Source of the DNA: a bacterium
GTDB taxonomy: Bacteria > Patescibacteriota > Minisyncoccia > Moranbacterales > UBA1568
DNA length: 64,000 nt
Direction: 5' to 3'
Assembly (NCBI GenBank): GCA_021821305.1
Contig: JAKACP010000001.1
Location: 132,934 to 196,933, forward strand
This document shows, piece by piece, positions 19,895 to 29,265 of the stretch. Made by a program: the position numbers and the translations under genes. Under the pieces are notes generated by a model. It saw nothing but the letters and a program-made list of their open reading frames with translations. It was not told the DNA's origin and did no database searches. The stretch's first letter is position 1, and each line of letters starts with the position of its first letter.

Positions 19895-21034
19895 TTACAG
19901 CCGTATGCGGTAGAGCTTCTTGTCGATCCGGTTCGTGAAGAAGAGGAACCCCTCGTTCGGATCGAGGAAGAGATCGATGCTATCAAGCTCTCCCGGAATG
20001 TTCTCGGGATCGACGATGCGCTCTTTTTTCCCCGTTTCGACGTCCATTTTCCAGAAGGAATCCGTCGTATGGATGGGCCGGTCGAAATAGTCGTTCGGGA
20101 GGACCACTCCTTCCGGCATGGAGAGAGGAAGCGCGTAGTAGAGCGTCTTGCTGTCCTTCGACCAGACGGCTTTCGATACGAACGTCGGTATCTGTATCGT
20201 GTGGTACTCCGCTCCGTTGCTATTGGCCAGTCCGAGCCAGATGGCGCCGCCGCTTTTTTCGGTGACCGAGCTCACAAGGAGACGCTCTCCGTTCGGGGAC
20301 CAGAGATAGCTCCCGCCGAATTTCCCGGAAAATATCCTCTTCGGTTCCCCGCCGGCCACGGGGATGGTGTAGAGATTCGTCTCCTCATGCCCGTTCGGCC
20401 GTGTCCAGAACGAGATGATCGCCGAGTTCGGGACAGTGGCGATGAACGGGTTCGCGAAGGGCGATTTTCCGATCTCTTTCCATTCGCTGCCATCGGGGTT
20501 CGCGGTGTTGATACCGGTTTTCCCGTCTGCGGGGTCCGTGTAGAAATAGAATATCTTTCCGCCGATATTGGCCCATGACGGCGAGGCAAGGCCCGCCTTG
20601 AGCGGGAGCACCGCCTTGTCCACTATCCGGACAAGGTGCCATCGTTGGCCGTCGGCGGTATCGATGAGCGCGAGTATTTGTTCCCGATCGGGAGACCAGA
20701 GAGCGCGGAGCACCTGCCCCGGAAGATTGTCGATCAAGGTCTCTTCCGCTCCTCCGCCGAGAGAGACTTTTTTCAGCGACGTAGCGTTGAAAAAACCGAT
20801 GAAAGTATCATCGAGTGTCGCCGCCCCGGAAGTTTCGATGTCGGTGACCTTCTCTATCGGTGCGTTCTTGAGCTTTTCGAGGAATCCCTTCTCGGCCTCC
20901 TCTTTCGCCTCCTCTTTCGCTTGTTCGTTGGTGGTCGGATTTCCCGGATTGTTCTTGAAGGCGAAGTTGTATACCCCCAGAAAGAGGAGTGTCACCGCGA
21001 AGAGCCCGAGAGATATGGCGAAGAGTTTTTTCAT
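19895..21034 (-). CDS. Membrane-anchored TolB-like beta-propeller protein
   Basis: N-terminal TM helix; repeated WSPD/WSPN/WSKD blade motifs. Confidence 0.7.
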   Translation of the reverse strand: MKKLFAISLGLFAVTLLFLGVYNFAFKNNPGNPTTNEQAKEEAKEEAEKGFLEKLKNAPIEKVTDIETSGAATLDDTFIGFFNATSLKKVSLGGGAEETLIDNLPGQVLRALWSPDREQILALIDTADGQRWHLVRIVDKAVLPLKAGLASPSWANIGGKIFYFYTDPADGKTGINTANPDGSEWKEIGKSPFANPFIATVPNSAIISFWTRPNGHEETNLYTIPVAGGEPKRIFSGKFGGSYLWSPNGERLLVSSVTEKSGGAIWLGLANSNGAEYHTIQIPTFVSKAVWSKDSKTLYYALPLSMPEGVVLPNDYFDRPIHTTDSFWKMDVETGKKERIVDPENIPGELDSIDLFLDPNEGFLFFTNRIDKKLYRIRL

Positions 21035-21067
21035 TGAAGCGCTTTGAGACGGTGATCGGAAGCGATC

Positions 21068-22039
21068 TTATTGGACCTGGATGTGGATGTGATTCGGTCC
21101 GGAGGAGCAGGGAACGAATTTTCCGCTGTTATCGCAGATGGCGACCGGTCTCTTGCCTGCGTAGGTTCCGGTATTGAGCTTGTTGAATATATCGGCCATC
21201 TGTTGGTATCCTATCCCGCCCGTCGGTACGATATCGACCCCTATTCCTTTGTAGTGGGTGGAGTTCGTCGAGTGGCTTCCTCCCGCGACACTCGTCACGG
21301 TGAATCCGTAACTCGGATTCATTCCTTTGATCGTGGTGGCGAGTTGGGAGAGTCCCGAGGCGATGCCCGGATGGAGAGTGGATTTCCCGTTGCAGAGACT
21401 GGTCGTATTGTTGCATCCCTTATGGCATGTGATCATCTGGTTTCCCGCGGCTGTTTCCTGAATGTTCCCTTTCGGAAGCACCGGGCCCGCGTTTGAACTG
21501 CAACTTGCCGATGTCCCCCAGCTCACGTTGGAAGCGGAGAGGAGGCTCGATGCCGCCGCTTGAGCGGAAGCGATCGGAGGCGCCGGCGTCCCGAAGTCCC
21601 CTGTGGGAGTTCCGCTCGGTTGGGATGGCGTATAGGAAACCGTCCCGCCGACTGCGCTGAACCTCGACAGGTTCAGGTTGACGAGGTCAGGGTTGATCAC
21701 ATTGAGAATGAGGTAGGCGAGGAGCGCCAAGACGAGCCCGATGAGCGCATCGGAGATATATCCCTTTGCCCGGGAGAGGGTCGCGGTGTTTCCGCCGCTC
21801 GTCATGTAGACGAATCCCCCGACGGTGAGCATGAAGAGAGCCGCTATCCCGACGGTCCAGATGCCGAACTTGTATATGCCGCTTACGTAATCCGGAAGCG
21901 TAGTGGCTCCTGTGGCGCCGGGAATCTGCTCGAGCGGGGTATAGGTGAAGCCTTGCCCGAGCGTAGCGGACGGAGCGGCGAAGAGAAATCCGACGAGTAC
22001 TGCGGCGAACACGGACGCGAAGATGGTTCGTGATTTCAT
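21068..22039 (-). CDS. CPR pilin-like protein fused to an M15-type Zn metallopeptidase-like domain
   Basis: Signal peptide, pilin-like TM hairpin (GGFVYMTSGG...AK..I..A.IGL.L...Y.IL..INP.L), C-terminal STHYKGIGVD and HIH. Confidence 0.72.
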   Translation of the reverse strand: MKSRTIFASVFAAVLVGFLFAAPSATLGQGFTYTPLEQIPGATGATTLPDYVSGIYKFGIWTVGIAALFMLTVGGFVYMTSGGNTATLSRAKGYISDALIGLVLALLAYLILNVINPDLVNLNLSRFSAVGGTVSYTPSQPSGTPTGDFGTPAPPIASAQAAASSLLSASNVSWGTSASCSSNAGPVLPKGNIQETAAGNQMITCHKGCNNTTSLCNGKSTLHPGIASGLSQLATTIKGMNPSYGFTVTSVAGGSHSTNSTHYKGIGVDIVPTGGIGYQQMADIFNKLNTGTYAGKRPVAICDNSGKFVPCSSGPNHIHIQVQ

Positions 22040-22090
22040 ATGTTTGTTATTTTTCTCCTCCAGTATAGCGCATTTTCAGCGAAAGAAAAA

Positions 22091-22148
22091 ACCCTGTGAA
22101 ATCCTGCTAGGCAGGAATCCGCAGAAGCGGATTATTTCACAGGGTAAA
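22091..22148. repeat. Cloverleaf palindromic repeat, copy 2
   Basis: ACCCTGTGAAAT-CCTGCTAGGCAGG-AATCCGCAGAAGCGGATT-ATTTCACAGGGT. Confidence 0.7.
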
Positions 22149-22206
22149 TCAAATCCAGAATAAAACCCGGATTTCATTGGATTTATTCCTCATTCGGTAT
22201 TCGTCT

Positions 22207-23265
22207 TCAAAAGTCCCAGCTTCCGTTCATGCTCGAGGATTGGGTATAGTTGACGACCGTCGTCTCGAAGAAATTGCCTTTGTCGGAGTTCGGGTCCTGG
22301 AGCCGATCGAGGTGCTTGTAGGGGTTTTCGACGGCTTCCGGGTAGAGTGGGGCTATTCCGAGCATACCGAGGCGGTTGTTGGCGAGCCACCGCGTGTAGC
22401 TCTGGGTCGTGTCTCCGTTGAGGCCCGGGATACGGTCTCCGAGTATGTGCCTCGACCACTCGATTTCCTGTTTGACGGCCGTGTCCATCATGTCCACGAT
22501 GAGTTTCTCATCGTAGATTTCCGGGAACTCCCGCCGGATCTCGCGGATGAGGTTGGCGAATATCGTGATGTGGGTCAGCTCGTCTCGGCGGATATAGGCG
22601 ATCATGCGACCGGTCGCGAGCATCTTCATGTGATCGACGAGCGTGTCGAAGAACGCGAACCCGTTGTAGAAATAGATCGATTCGAGGAGGAAGTTCGCCA
22701 CGATACCTCGGAAGAACGTCGCATCCGACGGATCGTCGATGAAATCCTGATAAATGGATCCGATGTACTTGTTGCGTTCGAGGAGGATCTTGTCCGTGCG
22801 CCAGAAGTAGTAGATCTCGTCGCGCTCCTCGCTCTCGACGACCGACTCGAGGATGGTGGCGTAGGACTGGGAGTGGATCGCCTCCTGGTAGGCCTGGATC
22901 GAGAGGATGAGGTTGACCTCGGGCGAAGTGACGTAGTCGGAGAAGTGCGGGAGATTCACCGTCTGTATGGAGTCGAGGAAGATGAGGAACGAGAGCACTC
23001 CCTTGTAGGCGCGCTGTTCGTCGTCGGTGAGCTCGGAATGGAACATCCGGGCGTCGTCCTTGAGCCCCGAGACCTTTTCCGGCACCCAGAAATTCCCGAC
23101 CATCACCTGGTAGAGGGATTTCGCCCACGGGTACTTCGTGGTATTGAGGTTGAAGAGCCCCGTGGTCGATCCCTTGATGATGGTGCGGCGTTCCACCTCG
23201 TCGTGCCCCTCCGGATTGAAGATGGCGTTCCGGTGTATTTTTTCAGTCATAGCCCTTGGAGTCAT
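22207..23265 (-). CDS. nrdB: Class I ribonucleotide reductase beta subunit
   Basis: FWVPE, FLDSIQ, QEAIHSQSY, ESIYFY, RDELTH, NFFE. Confidence 0.95.
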   Translation of the reverse strand: MTPRAMTEKIHRNAIFNPEGHDEVERRTIIKGSTTGLFNLNTTKYPWAKSLYQVMVGNFWVPEKVSGLKDDARMFHSELTDDEQRAYKGVLSFLIFLDSIQTVNLPHFSDYVTSPEVNLILSIQAYQEAIHSQSYATILESVVESEERDEIYYFWRTDKILLERNKYIGSIYQDFIDDPSDATFFRGIVANFLLESIYFYNGFAFFDTLVDHMKMLATGRMIAYIRRDELTHITIFANLIREIRREFPEIYDEKLIVDMMDTAVKQEIEWSRHILGDRIPGLNGDTTQSYTRWLANNRLGMLGIAPLYPEAVENPYKHLDRLQDPNSDKGNFFETTVVNYTQSSSMNGSWDF

Positions 23266-23283
23266 TTCGTGATCCGTCCCGAA

Positions 23284-25899
23284 TTATCCCGAACAGTTGA
23301 CACAGTCGTCCTTCACTTCGCCCGAGAGACTTCGTACGTAGTAGACGGTCTTGATGCCCTGCTCCCAGGTCTTGATGTAGTAGCCGAAGAGCTGTTCCGG
23401 CGAGACGCGCGAGGGGTCGATCATCCATTCGAAGCTGATCGACTGGTCCACCCACTTGTAGACGACCGAGATCATATCGATGACGTCGTTCATGTCCATG
23501 TTCACGTACTCCTTGTAGTACCAGAAGTTCTCCTTGTCGAGCTTGGGGGCGACGCGGACGGTCGGCGCGGAGAGGTTGGTTTCGACGAAATAGCGCTTGT
23601 ATATGGGGAGAAGCGCGGCCGTGGTGCCGACGACGCCCGCCGTCGAGGTGTTCGGGGCCGGAGCGGTGTGGTAGCCGAACCGTACGCCGTACTTGCGCAT
23701 GTCGTCGAAGATATCGTCCCAGGCCTTCCCGTGTTCCGTGTTGAGCGAGAACCACTCCCGGTTCTGTCCGAGGATGACCCCCTTGTCGTATTCGCTTCCC
23801 TTGTAGAGCGGGTAGTGTCCGCGCTCCTTCGCGAGGTCGACCGACGAGCGGTAGGTATGGTACGCGTACCGGGAGAAGATTTTGTCGACGAGGTTCCGGG
23901 CCTCCTCGCTGTCGTACGCGAGCTTTCTCGTGGCGAGGAATTCGGCGAGCCCCAGGTACCCGAGGCCGATCGACCGGTACCGCATGGCGGTCCGCTCCGC
24001 TTCCTTGATGGGGTAGAAGTTGAGAGTGATGACGTTGTCGAGGACGCGCATGACGACCGGGAAGACCTCGGCCATCGTTTCCTCCTCGGACACCGTGGCC
24101 ACATTGATCGAGGCGAGGTTGCAGACGACGAGATCGCCGGGATCGTACCGGATGACGATGGTCCCGTCCTCGATCTCTTCCTCGACGAACCGGCTCGCCG
24201 AGGTGTTCTGGCAGATCTCGGTGCACAGCTGGGTCGAGTAGACGTTGCCTGCGTGCTTGTTCGGGTTCAGCCGGTTCACGGTGTCGCGGAAGAAGACATA
24301 GGGCATGCCGGTTTCCACCACGGACTTGAGGAACTTCTTGAAGAGGTCCTTGGCCTTCACGGTGCGCTTCATCGTGAGCGAGTCGTCTTTCTCGAGCGTC
24401 TCGTAGAACTTCTCGAACGCTTCCCCGAAATGGTCCTGGAGCGATTTGCCGTATTTGTCCGAGATCTCGTGCGGATCGAAAAGGGTCCAGTCCCCGTTCT
24501 CCTTCACGCGGCGCATGAAGAGATCCGGTACGGAGATCGACGGGAAGATGTCGAACGCCTTCGACCGGATGTCTCCGGTTTCCGTCTGCAGGTCGAGGAA
24601 GTCATAGATATCCCCGTGCCAGGCGTCGAGCGTGACCGAGATGGCGCCGAGCCGGGATCCGAGCTGATTGACGGCGACCGCGGTGTCGTTGATGACCTTG
24701 ATCCACGGGTTCACGCCGCCGGACATCCCGAGGACGCCGCGTATGGCGCTTCCGCGCGACCGGATGTTTCCGAGGTAGACGCCGACCCCGCCGCCGAATT
24801 TCGAGATCTGCGCCATGTTCTCGATGGCATGGTAGATGCCGCGCAGATCGTCGTCGACATTGATCTTGAAGCACGAGGAGAGCTGGTGGTAGTTGGTCCG
24901 GGAGTTGAGCAGGGTCGGGGTCGGGAGCGATATGCGTTGTTCCGAGCAGTGCCGATAGACCTTGAAGGCGAAATCGAGACGGGTCTCGTCGGATTCCGGG
25001 ATCGCAAGGAAGAGCGCGATCGACATGTACATCTCCTGCGGGAGCTCCTTGACGATCTTGTTCGGGTTCAGAAGATACCGTTTGGCGAGGGAGAGGAGCG
25101 TCGTATATTCGTACCGCTCGTCGATATCCGTCGAGAGGAGCGCTCCGGCCTTGAGGATGTCCTCCTTGGAATAGTATTTGTAGAAGTCCTTGTAATAGAG
25201 TCCGTCCCGCACGTATTCGTCGAACAGCGCCGCGTAGGCCGCCGGAGAATAGATGTCCTTCTGCGCGAGCCCGCGGTTCTTGACCGCCTGCTTGTAGAGC
25301 GTCCCGAGGAATATCCTCGCGGCGACCTGCTGCCAGGCGATGTTCTCCACCGTGACGAGGTCGATACAGGTCTTGACGAGGAGCTTGCCGATATCGGATG
25401 TCTTGATATCCTCGACGATGTTCTTCTTGAACGTTTCCATGAGATCCTCGAAGCGGCACTCCGCCTCGTACCCCTTGGCGGCCCGGTCGAACACCGCGCG
25501 GATCTTCGCGAAATCGAACGCCTCCTTCGACCCGTCCGCCTTGGTCACCTTGAGCGATCGGTTCTCGAACTGCTCGATGAGCTTCTCCTTCTTCTCCTCG
25601 CGCTCCTCCTTCCGCTTCTCGCGATAGATGATGTAGGCCTTGGCGACCTCGAACTTGTTCGCCTTGACGAGATTGCGCTCGACGATGTCCTGGATATCCT
25701 CGACCGCCGGAGTCCGGTTGACGAAGATGTCCGTGTAGACATGCTCGATGTCGCGTATGACGGTATCGGTCAGCTCGGGGATGAATCCTTTCTCGGTCTC
25801 GCCGATGGCGTCGCACGCGAGCGCGATCGCGTTCTCGATCTTCGATCGGTCGAAGTCGACCACCTCTCCGTCTCGCCGCTTGATTTTCGTGAGGGGCAT
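23284..25899 (-). CDS. nrdA: Class I ribonucleotide reductase alpha subunit with two ATP-cones
   Basis: KRRDGEVVDFD and VTKADGSKEAFD cones; TPTL, LSSC, QLCTEI, CNLAS, APNT, C-terminal CVNC. Confidence 0.96.
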   Translation of the reverse strand: MPLTKIKRRDGEVVDFDRSKIENAIALACDAIGETEKGFIPELTDTVIRDIEHVYTDIFVNRTPAVEDIQDIVERNLVKANKFEVAKAYIIYREKRKEEREEKKEKLIEQFENRSLKVTKADGSKEAFDFAKIRAVFDRAAKGYEAECRFEDLMETFKKNIVEDIKTSDIGKLLVKTCIDLVTVENIAWQQVAARIFLGTLYKQAVKNRGLAQKDIYSPAAYAALFDEYVRDGLYYKDFYKYYSKEDILKAGALLSTDIDERYEYTTLLSLAKRYLLNPNKIVKELPQEMYMSIALFLAIPESDETRLDFAFKVYRHCSEQRISLPTPTLLNSRTNYHQLSSCFKINVDDDLRGIYHAIENMAQISKFGGGVGVYLGNIRSRGSAIRGVLGMSGGVNPWIKVINDTAVAVNQLGSRLGAISVTLDAWHGDIYDFLDLQTETGDIRSKAFDIFPSISVPDLFMRRVKENGDWTLFDPHEISDKYGKSLQDHFGEAFEKFYETLEKDDSLTMKRTVKAKDLFKKFLKSVVETGMPYVFFRDTVNRLNPNKHAGNVYSTQLCTEICQNTSASRFVEEEIEDGTIVIRYDPGDLVVCNLASINVATVSEEETMAEVFPVVMRVLDNVITLNFYPIKEAERTAMRYRSIGLGYLGLAEFLATRKLAYDSEEARNLVDKIFSRYAYHTYRSSVDLAKERGHYPLYKGSEYDKGVILGQNREWFSLNTEHGKAWDDIFDDMRKYGVRFGYHTAPAPNTSTAGVVGTTAALLPIYKRYFVETNLSAPTVRVAPKLDKENFWYYKEYVNMDMNDVIDMISVVYKWVDQSISFEWMIDPSRVSPEQLFGYYIKTWEQGIKTVYYVRSLSGEVKDDCVNCSG

Positions 25900-25958
25900 A
25901 GGGTTTTCTTTTGTTGCTGATTGTAATCGGTTCCCTCCAGAACCTCATCAAAAATCAA

Positions 25959-26522
25959 TTACGCGAGCCGTTTTTCCGCCTCGCTCCAGTCTACGGACGC
26001 GAAGAATGCGGTGATGTAATCCGCGCGCTTGAGTCCGTAGTCGATCATGAACGCGTGTTCGAAGACGTCCATGACGAGGAGCGGCGTCGCGCCGGCGAGG
26101 TGTCCCAGGTCATGCTCGTTCACCCAGATATTGAACAGTTTGTTCTGCTTCGTGTCATGGACGAGCATGACCCACCCGATGCCGCGCATGGTCCCGATGC
26201 CGATGAAGTCCTTCTTCCACTCCTCGACGCTTCCGAAGTCGGCTGCGATCTTCTTCGCGAGCGCGCCGTCCCCGAGGGACGAGCCGCCCTTCTTCATGTT
26301 GCCGAAGTAGAGCTCATGGAGACGCATGCCGTTCCATTCCCATCCGAACCGCCGATGCAGTTCGGAATATTCCGGCGTCCCCGGCTCAGCGGCCAGGAGC
26401 AGTTCCACGAGCTTGTTCGTGTTGTTCACGTAACCCTCGTAGAGCGCGAAGTGATTGGTGAGAAGCGTGTCCGAGAACCCTTCGGTTCCGAGGAGATGCG
26501 AGAAGTCGTGCGCGGCGTACAT
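25959..26522 (-). CDS. Fe/Mn superoxide dismutase family protein
   Basis: H...Y.GYVNN, LHELYF, DFGS, GIGW, MDVFEHAF. Confidence 0.9.
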   Translation of the reverse strand: MYAAHDFSHLLGTEGFSDTLLTNHFALYEGYVNNTNKLVELLLAAEPGTPEYSELHRRFGWEWNGMRLHELYFGNMKKGGSSLGDGALAKKIAADFGSVEEWKKDFIGIGTMRGIGWVMLVHDTKQNKLFNIWVNEHDLGHLAGATPLLVMDVFEHAFMIDYGLKRADYITAFFASVDWSEAEKRLA

Positions 26523-26534
26523 ATTTTTTTGTTT

Positions 26535-27152
26535 TTAGATTTTTCCGACGAGATCGATACCCGGCTTGAGCGTCTTCTTTCCCGGCTGCCATTTCGCTGG
26601 GCACACTTCACCTCCGTGCTCACGGACGAACTGCGCGGCCTGGAGCTTGCGGATCAACTCGTCCGAGCTGCGTCCGATGTTGTTGGAGTTCACTTCGAAC
26701 GACTGGAGTACTCCGTCCGGGTCGACGATGAACGTGCCGCGACGCGCGAGACCTTCGTCCTCGCCTTCTTCTATATAGACGCCGAGCATCCGCGAGAGTA
26801 CGCCGGCCGGATCCGCGAGCATCGGGTACTTCACCTTCTTGATCGCGTCCGAGTGATCATGCCACGCCTTGTGGGTGAATTTCGTGTCGGTGCTCACCGA
26901 AACGATCTCCGCACCGAGCTCCTGGAACTTCGCATAGTTGTCGGCGAGGTCTTCGAGCTCCGTCGGGCAGACGAACGTGAAGTCCGCCGGGTAGAAGAAA
27001 ATGATGAGCCATTTTCCCTCGTAGTCCGAAAGATGCGTCTTCTTGAACGTTTCTCCGTGGTACACTTCACCGCCGAAATCGGGAATTTTTTCCCCGATGA
27101 TGGGCAGCATATTTCCGCTACCGCACCCGTCTCCACAGCTATTTCCACACAT
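26535..27152 (-). CDS. ahpC: 2-Cys peroxiredoxin AhpC
   Basis: FYPADFTFVCPTE and GEVCPAKW. Confidence 0.95.
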   Translation of the reverse strand: MCGNSCGDGCGSGNMLPIIGEKIPDFGGEVYHGETFKKTHLSDYEGKWLIIFFYPADFTFVCPTELEDLADNYAKFQELGAEIVSVSTDTKFTHKAWHDHSDAIKKVKYPMLADPAGVLSRMLGVYIEEGEDEGLARRGTFIVDPDGVLQSFEVNSNNIGRSSDELIRKLQAAQFVREHGGEVCPAKWQPGKKTLKPGIDLVGKI

Positions 27153-27275
27153 AGTCGTACGTGTTATTGTTTAGTTCGACGCTCCTTTAGAGTGTCTCAT
27201 CATAATAGGATTCTCCTGAAAGAATGTCAAATATGGCCATATGAAGCCATTATTTCGATAATCGTCAAGGTGTGT

Positions 27276-27313
27276 TCACGAAATATCGTCGAAAAAACAA
27301 CAACATATTGTGT
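27276..27313. promoter_or_regulatory. Tandem NrdR-box-like operators
   Basis: TCACGAAATATCGTCG (27276-27291) and CAACAACATATTGTGT (27298-27313), 22 bp apart, resemble acaCwAtATaTwGtgt. Confidence 0.6.
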
Positions 27314-27350
27314 TTTGACAGATTGAAAATAACGATAGGTAGTCCATTCT

Positions 27351-28331
27351 ATGGAAGAAATAGTCGAAAAAACGGTAGGGACACAAGGTTCGAACATGCG
27401 TTTGGATGCCTTTTTGGCGGATTTCCTGAAACGAAACGCCCCGGATTCCGGTTCCTATTCCCGGACCCGCGTTCGGCAGGATATCGAACAGGGAACGGTC
27501 TCGGTGAACAGTGCTGTCGAAACCGACCCCGGTCGACGGCTGAAATACGGCGATCGCGTACATGCGACTCTCCGGTCGAAAGGATTTTCGATACGTCCGA
27601 ATCCGGAGCTCACGGTCCCCGTCTTGTTCGAGGACGAGCATATCATCGTGATCGACAAGCCGGTCGGTATGCAGATGCATCCCGGATCGGTCGAGGCGGA
27701 TGATACGGTCGCCAATTGGGCGCTGGCCCATTTCCCGGCCATAGCGGCGGTGGGCGAGGACCCGCTCCGCCCCGGCATCGTGCATCGGCTGGACCGTAAC
27801 ACGAGCGGCGTGCTCGTGCTCGCCAAAACACCCGATGCGTTCGTCGAGCTCAAGCGCATCTTCCAATCGAGGCTGATGCGCAAGACGTATACGGTGCTCG
27901 TTCTCGGAAATATCGAGCCGACTTCCGGCGAGATCGCGCATCCGATCGCACAGCGAACCGGGACGCTCAAGCGGATGGCGGTAGAACATCCGGAATCGTT
28001 CCGCGGGGAAATGAAGGAGGCGATGACGGAGTATCGGCTCGAGGAACGCTTCCCGGGATACGATCTCCTGTCCGCATTTCCGAAAACGGGACGGACGCAC
28101 CAGATACGCGTACACTTCGCCTCCGTCGGCCATCCGGTCGCGGGCGATCATCTCTATGGCGGACGAAGGATGCGGGAGTCGGGGATGCCGTCGCGGCAAC
28201 TGTTGCACGCTTCGGCGCTCGAATTCGAGCTTTTCGGGGAAAAACTGAGCTTTGTCGCGCCGCTTCCCGAGGACTTCCGTGCCTTTATTCAAAAAATCGC
28301 CGCAGGGGGTGTTCCGGGGTTGACGGAATAG
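27351..28331 (+). CDS. rluD: RluA/RluD family pseudouridine synthase with S4 domain
   Basis: RLDAFL, DKPVG, RPGIVHRLDRNTSG, TGRTHQIRVH. Confidence 0.9.
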   Translation: MEEIVEKTVGTQGSNMRLDAFLADFLKRNAPDSGSYSRTRVRQDIEQGTVSVNSAVETDPGRRLKYGDRVHATLRSKGFSIRPNPELTVPVLFEDEHIIVIDKPVGMQMHPGSVEADDTVANWALAHFPAIAAVGEDPLRPGIVHRLDRNTSGVLVLAKTPDAFVELKRIFQSRLMRKTYTVLVLGNIEPTSGEIAHPIAQRTGTLKRMAVEHPESFRGEMKEAMTEYRLEERFPGYDLLSAFPKTGRTHQIRVHFASVGHPVAGDHLYGGRRMRESGMPSRQLLHASALEFELFGEKLSFVAPLPEDFRAFIQKIAAGGVPGLTE

Positions 28332-28445
28332 GAGTTCCAAGCTATGCTGGTGAAGCTTTGAACCGATAGGGCGAAGCTTTATTTTATATGTCGCTTCCGT
28401 TTTTCTGAGGCCGTTTCCGGTTCCGAGCGGATTTATCCAAACGTT

Positions 28446-28913
28446 ATGCACAAAGATCTCATCGCTTTCAACGCCGCCCGCCGCACCAAGGAGGTCGCGA
28501 ACCTTCACTCCGGCGACGTCGTCAAGGTCTATCGCAAGATCGTCGAGGGTGGCAAGGAACGGACCCAGGTGTTCCAGGGCATGGTCATCGCCCTTCGCGG
28601 CGGACAGAGCTCTTCCCCTACCGTCACGGTGCGGAAAGTCTCGTTCGGCATCGGCGTCGAGATCGTGTTTCCGCTGTATTCCCCGAATATCGAGAAGATC
28701 GAGGTGCTCAAGAGCACCCGTTCCCGCCGTGCCAAGCTCTACTTCGTCCGCGACAAGTCTTCCAAACTGCTCAGCCGGAAACTGAAGGAAGTGACGATAA
28801 AGACCGGAAAGGACGCGAAGATGGTCGCTCCGATGGAAGAGGCGGTCGCCGAAGAAGTTGTCGAGGCCGAGGCAGTGAAGGAAGAGGTGTCGGAGGAAGC
28901 CCCGAAAGCCTAG
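28446..28913 (+). CDS. rplS: 50S ribosomal protein L19
   Basis: GDVVKV, ERTQVFQG, TVRKVSFGIGVE, RRAKLYFVR. Confidence 0.97.
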   Translation: MHKDLIAFNAARRTKEVANLHSGDVVKVYRKIVEGGKERTQVFQGMVIALRGGQSSSPTVTVRKVSFGIGVEIVFPLYSPNIEKIEVLKSTRSRRAKLYFVRDKSSKLLSRKLKEVTIKTGKDAKMVAPMEEAVAEEVVEAEAVKEEVSEEAPKA

Positions 28914-28928
28914 GGTTTTCGGATATTT

Positions 28929-29012
28929 GCCCAGGTGGCGGAATTGGTATACGCGCTAGCTTGAGGTGCTAGTTCTCGCAAGGGATTGGAGGTTCGAGTC
29001 CTCTCCTGGGCA
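28929..29012 (+). tRNA. tRNA-Leu(GAG)
   Basis: Acceptor GCCCAGG/CCTGGGC, anticodon loop TTGAGGT, long variable arm, GTTCGAGTC. Confidence 0.93.
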
Positions 29013-29072
29013 CAAGCGAGGGAAAAAACTGGCAATCGCCAGTTTTTTGTTTATAATTGATGAAGCATGATC

Positions 29073-29165
29073 GGACGATTAGCTCAGTTGGTTACCCGCC
29101 CGAACGACCGGGTCCCCGCCAGAATGACTCTGTCGGGCTGGGTCCGGTCGGGCGGGGAGCATCTC
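29073..29165 (+). pseudogene. tRNA 5'-half remnant with a 62-bp palindromic insert in the D-loop
   Basis: GGACGAT-TA-GCTC-AGTTGGTTA-[CCCGCCCG...CGGGCGGG, 29095-29156]-GAGC-ATCTC; no matching 3' half seen. Confidence 0.75.
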
Positions 29166-29191
29166 ATTTTCCCGCCATACAGTGAAACTTT

Positions 29192-29265
29192 GGGCAATTA
29201 GCTCAGTTGGTTAGAGCGCCTCGTTTACACCGAGGAAGTCGGAGGTTCGAGTCCTCCATTGCCCA
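29192..29265 (+). tRNA. tRNA-Val(TAC)
   Basis: GGGCAAT/ATTGCCC acceptor; CCTCG-TTTACAC-CGAGG. Confidence 0.94.

Noticed and set aside
22177-25920. 1247-aa plus-strand ORF
   Set aside because: Antisense shadow of nrdAB produced by GC-rich codon bias; no motifs.
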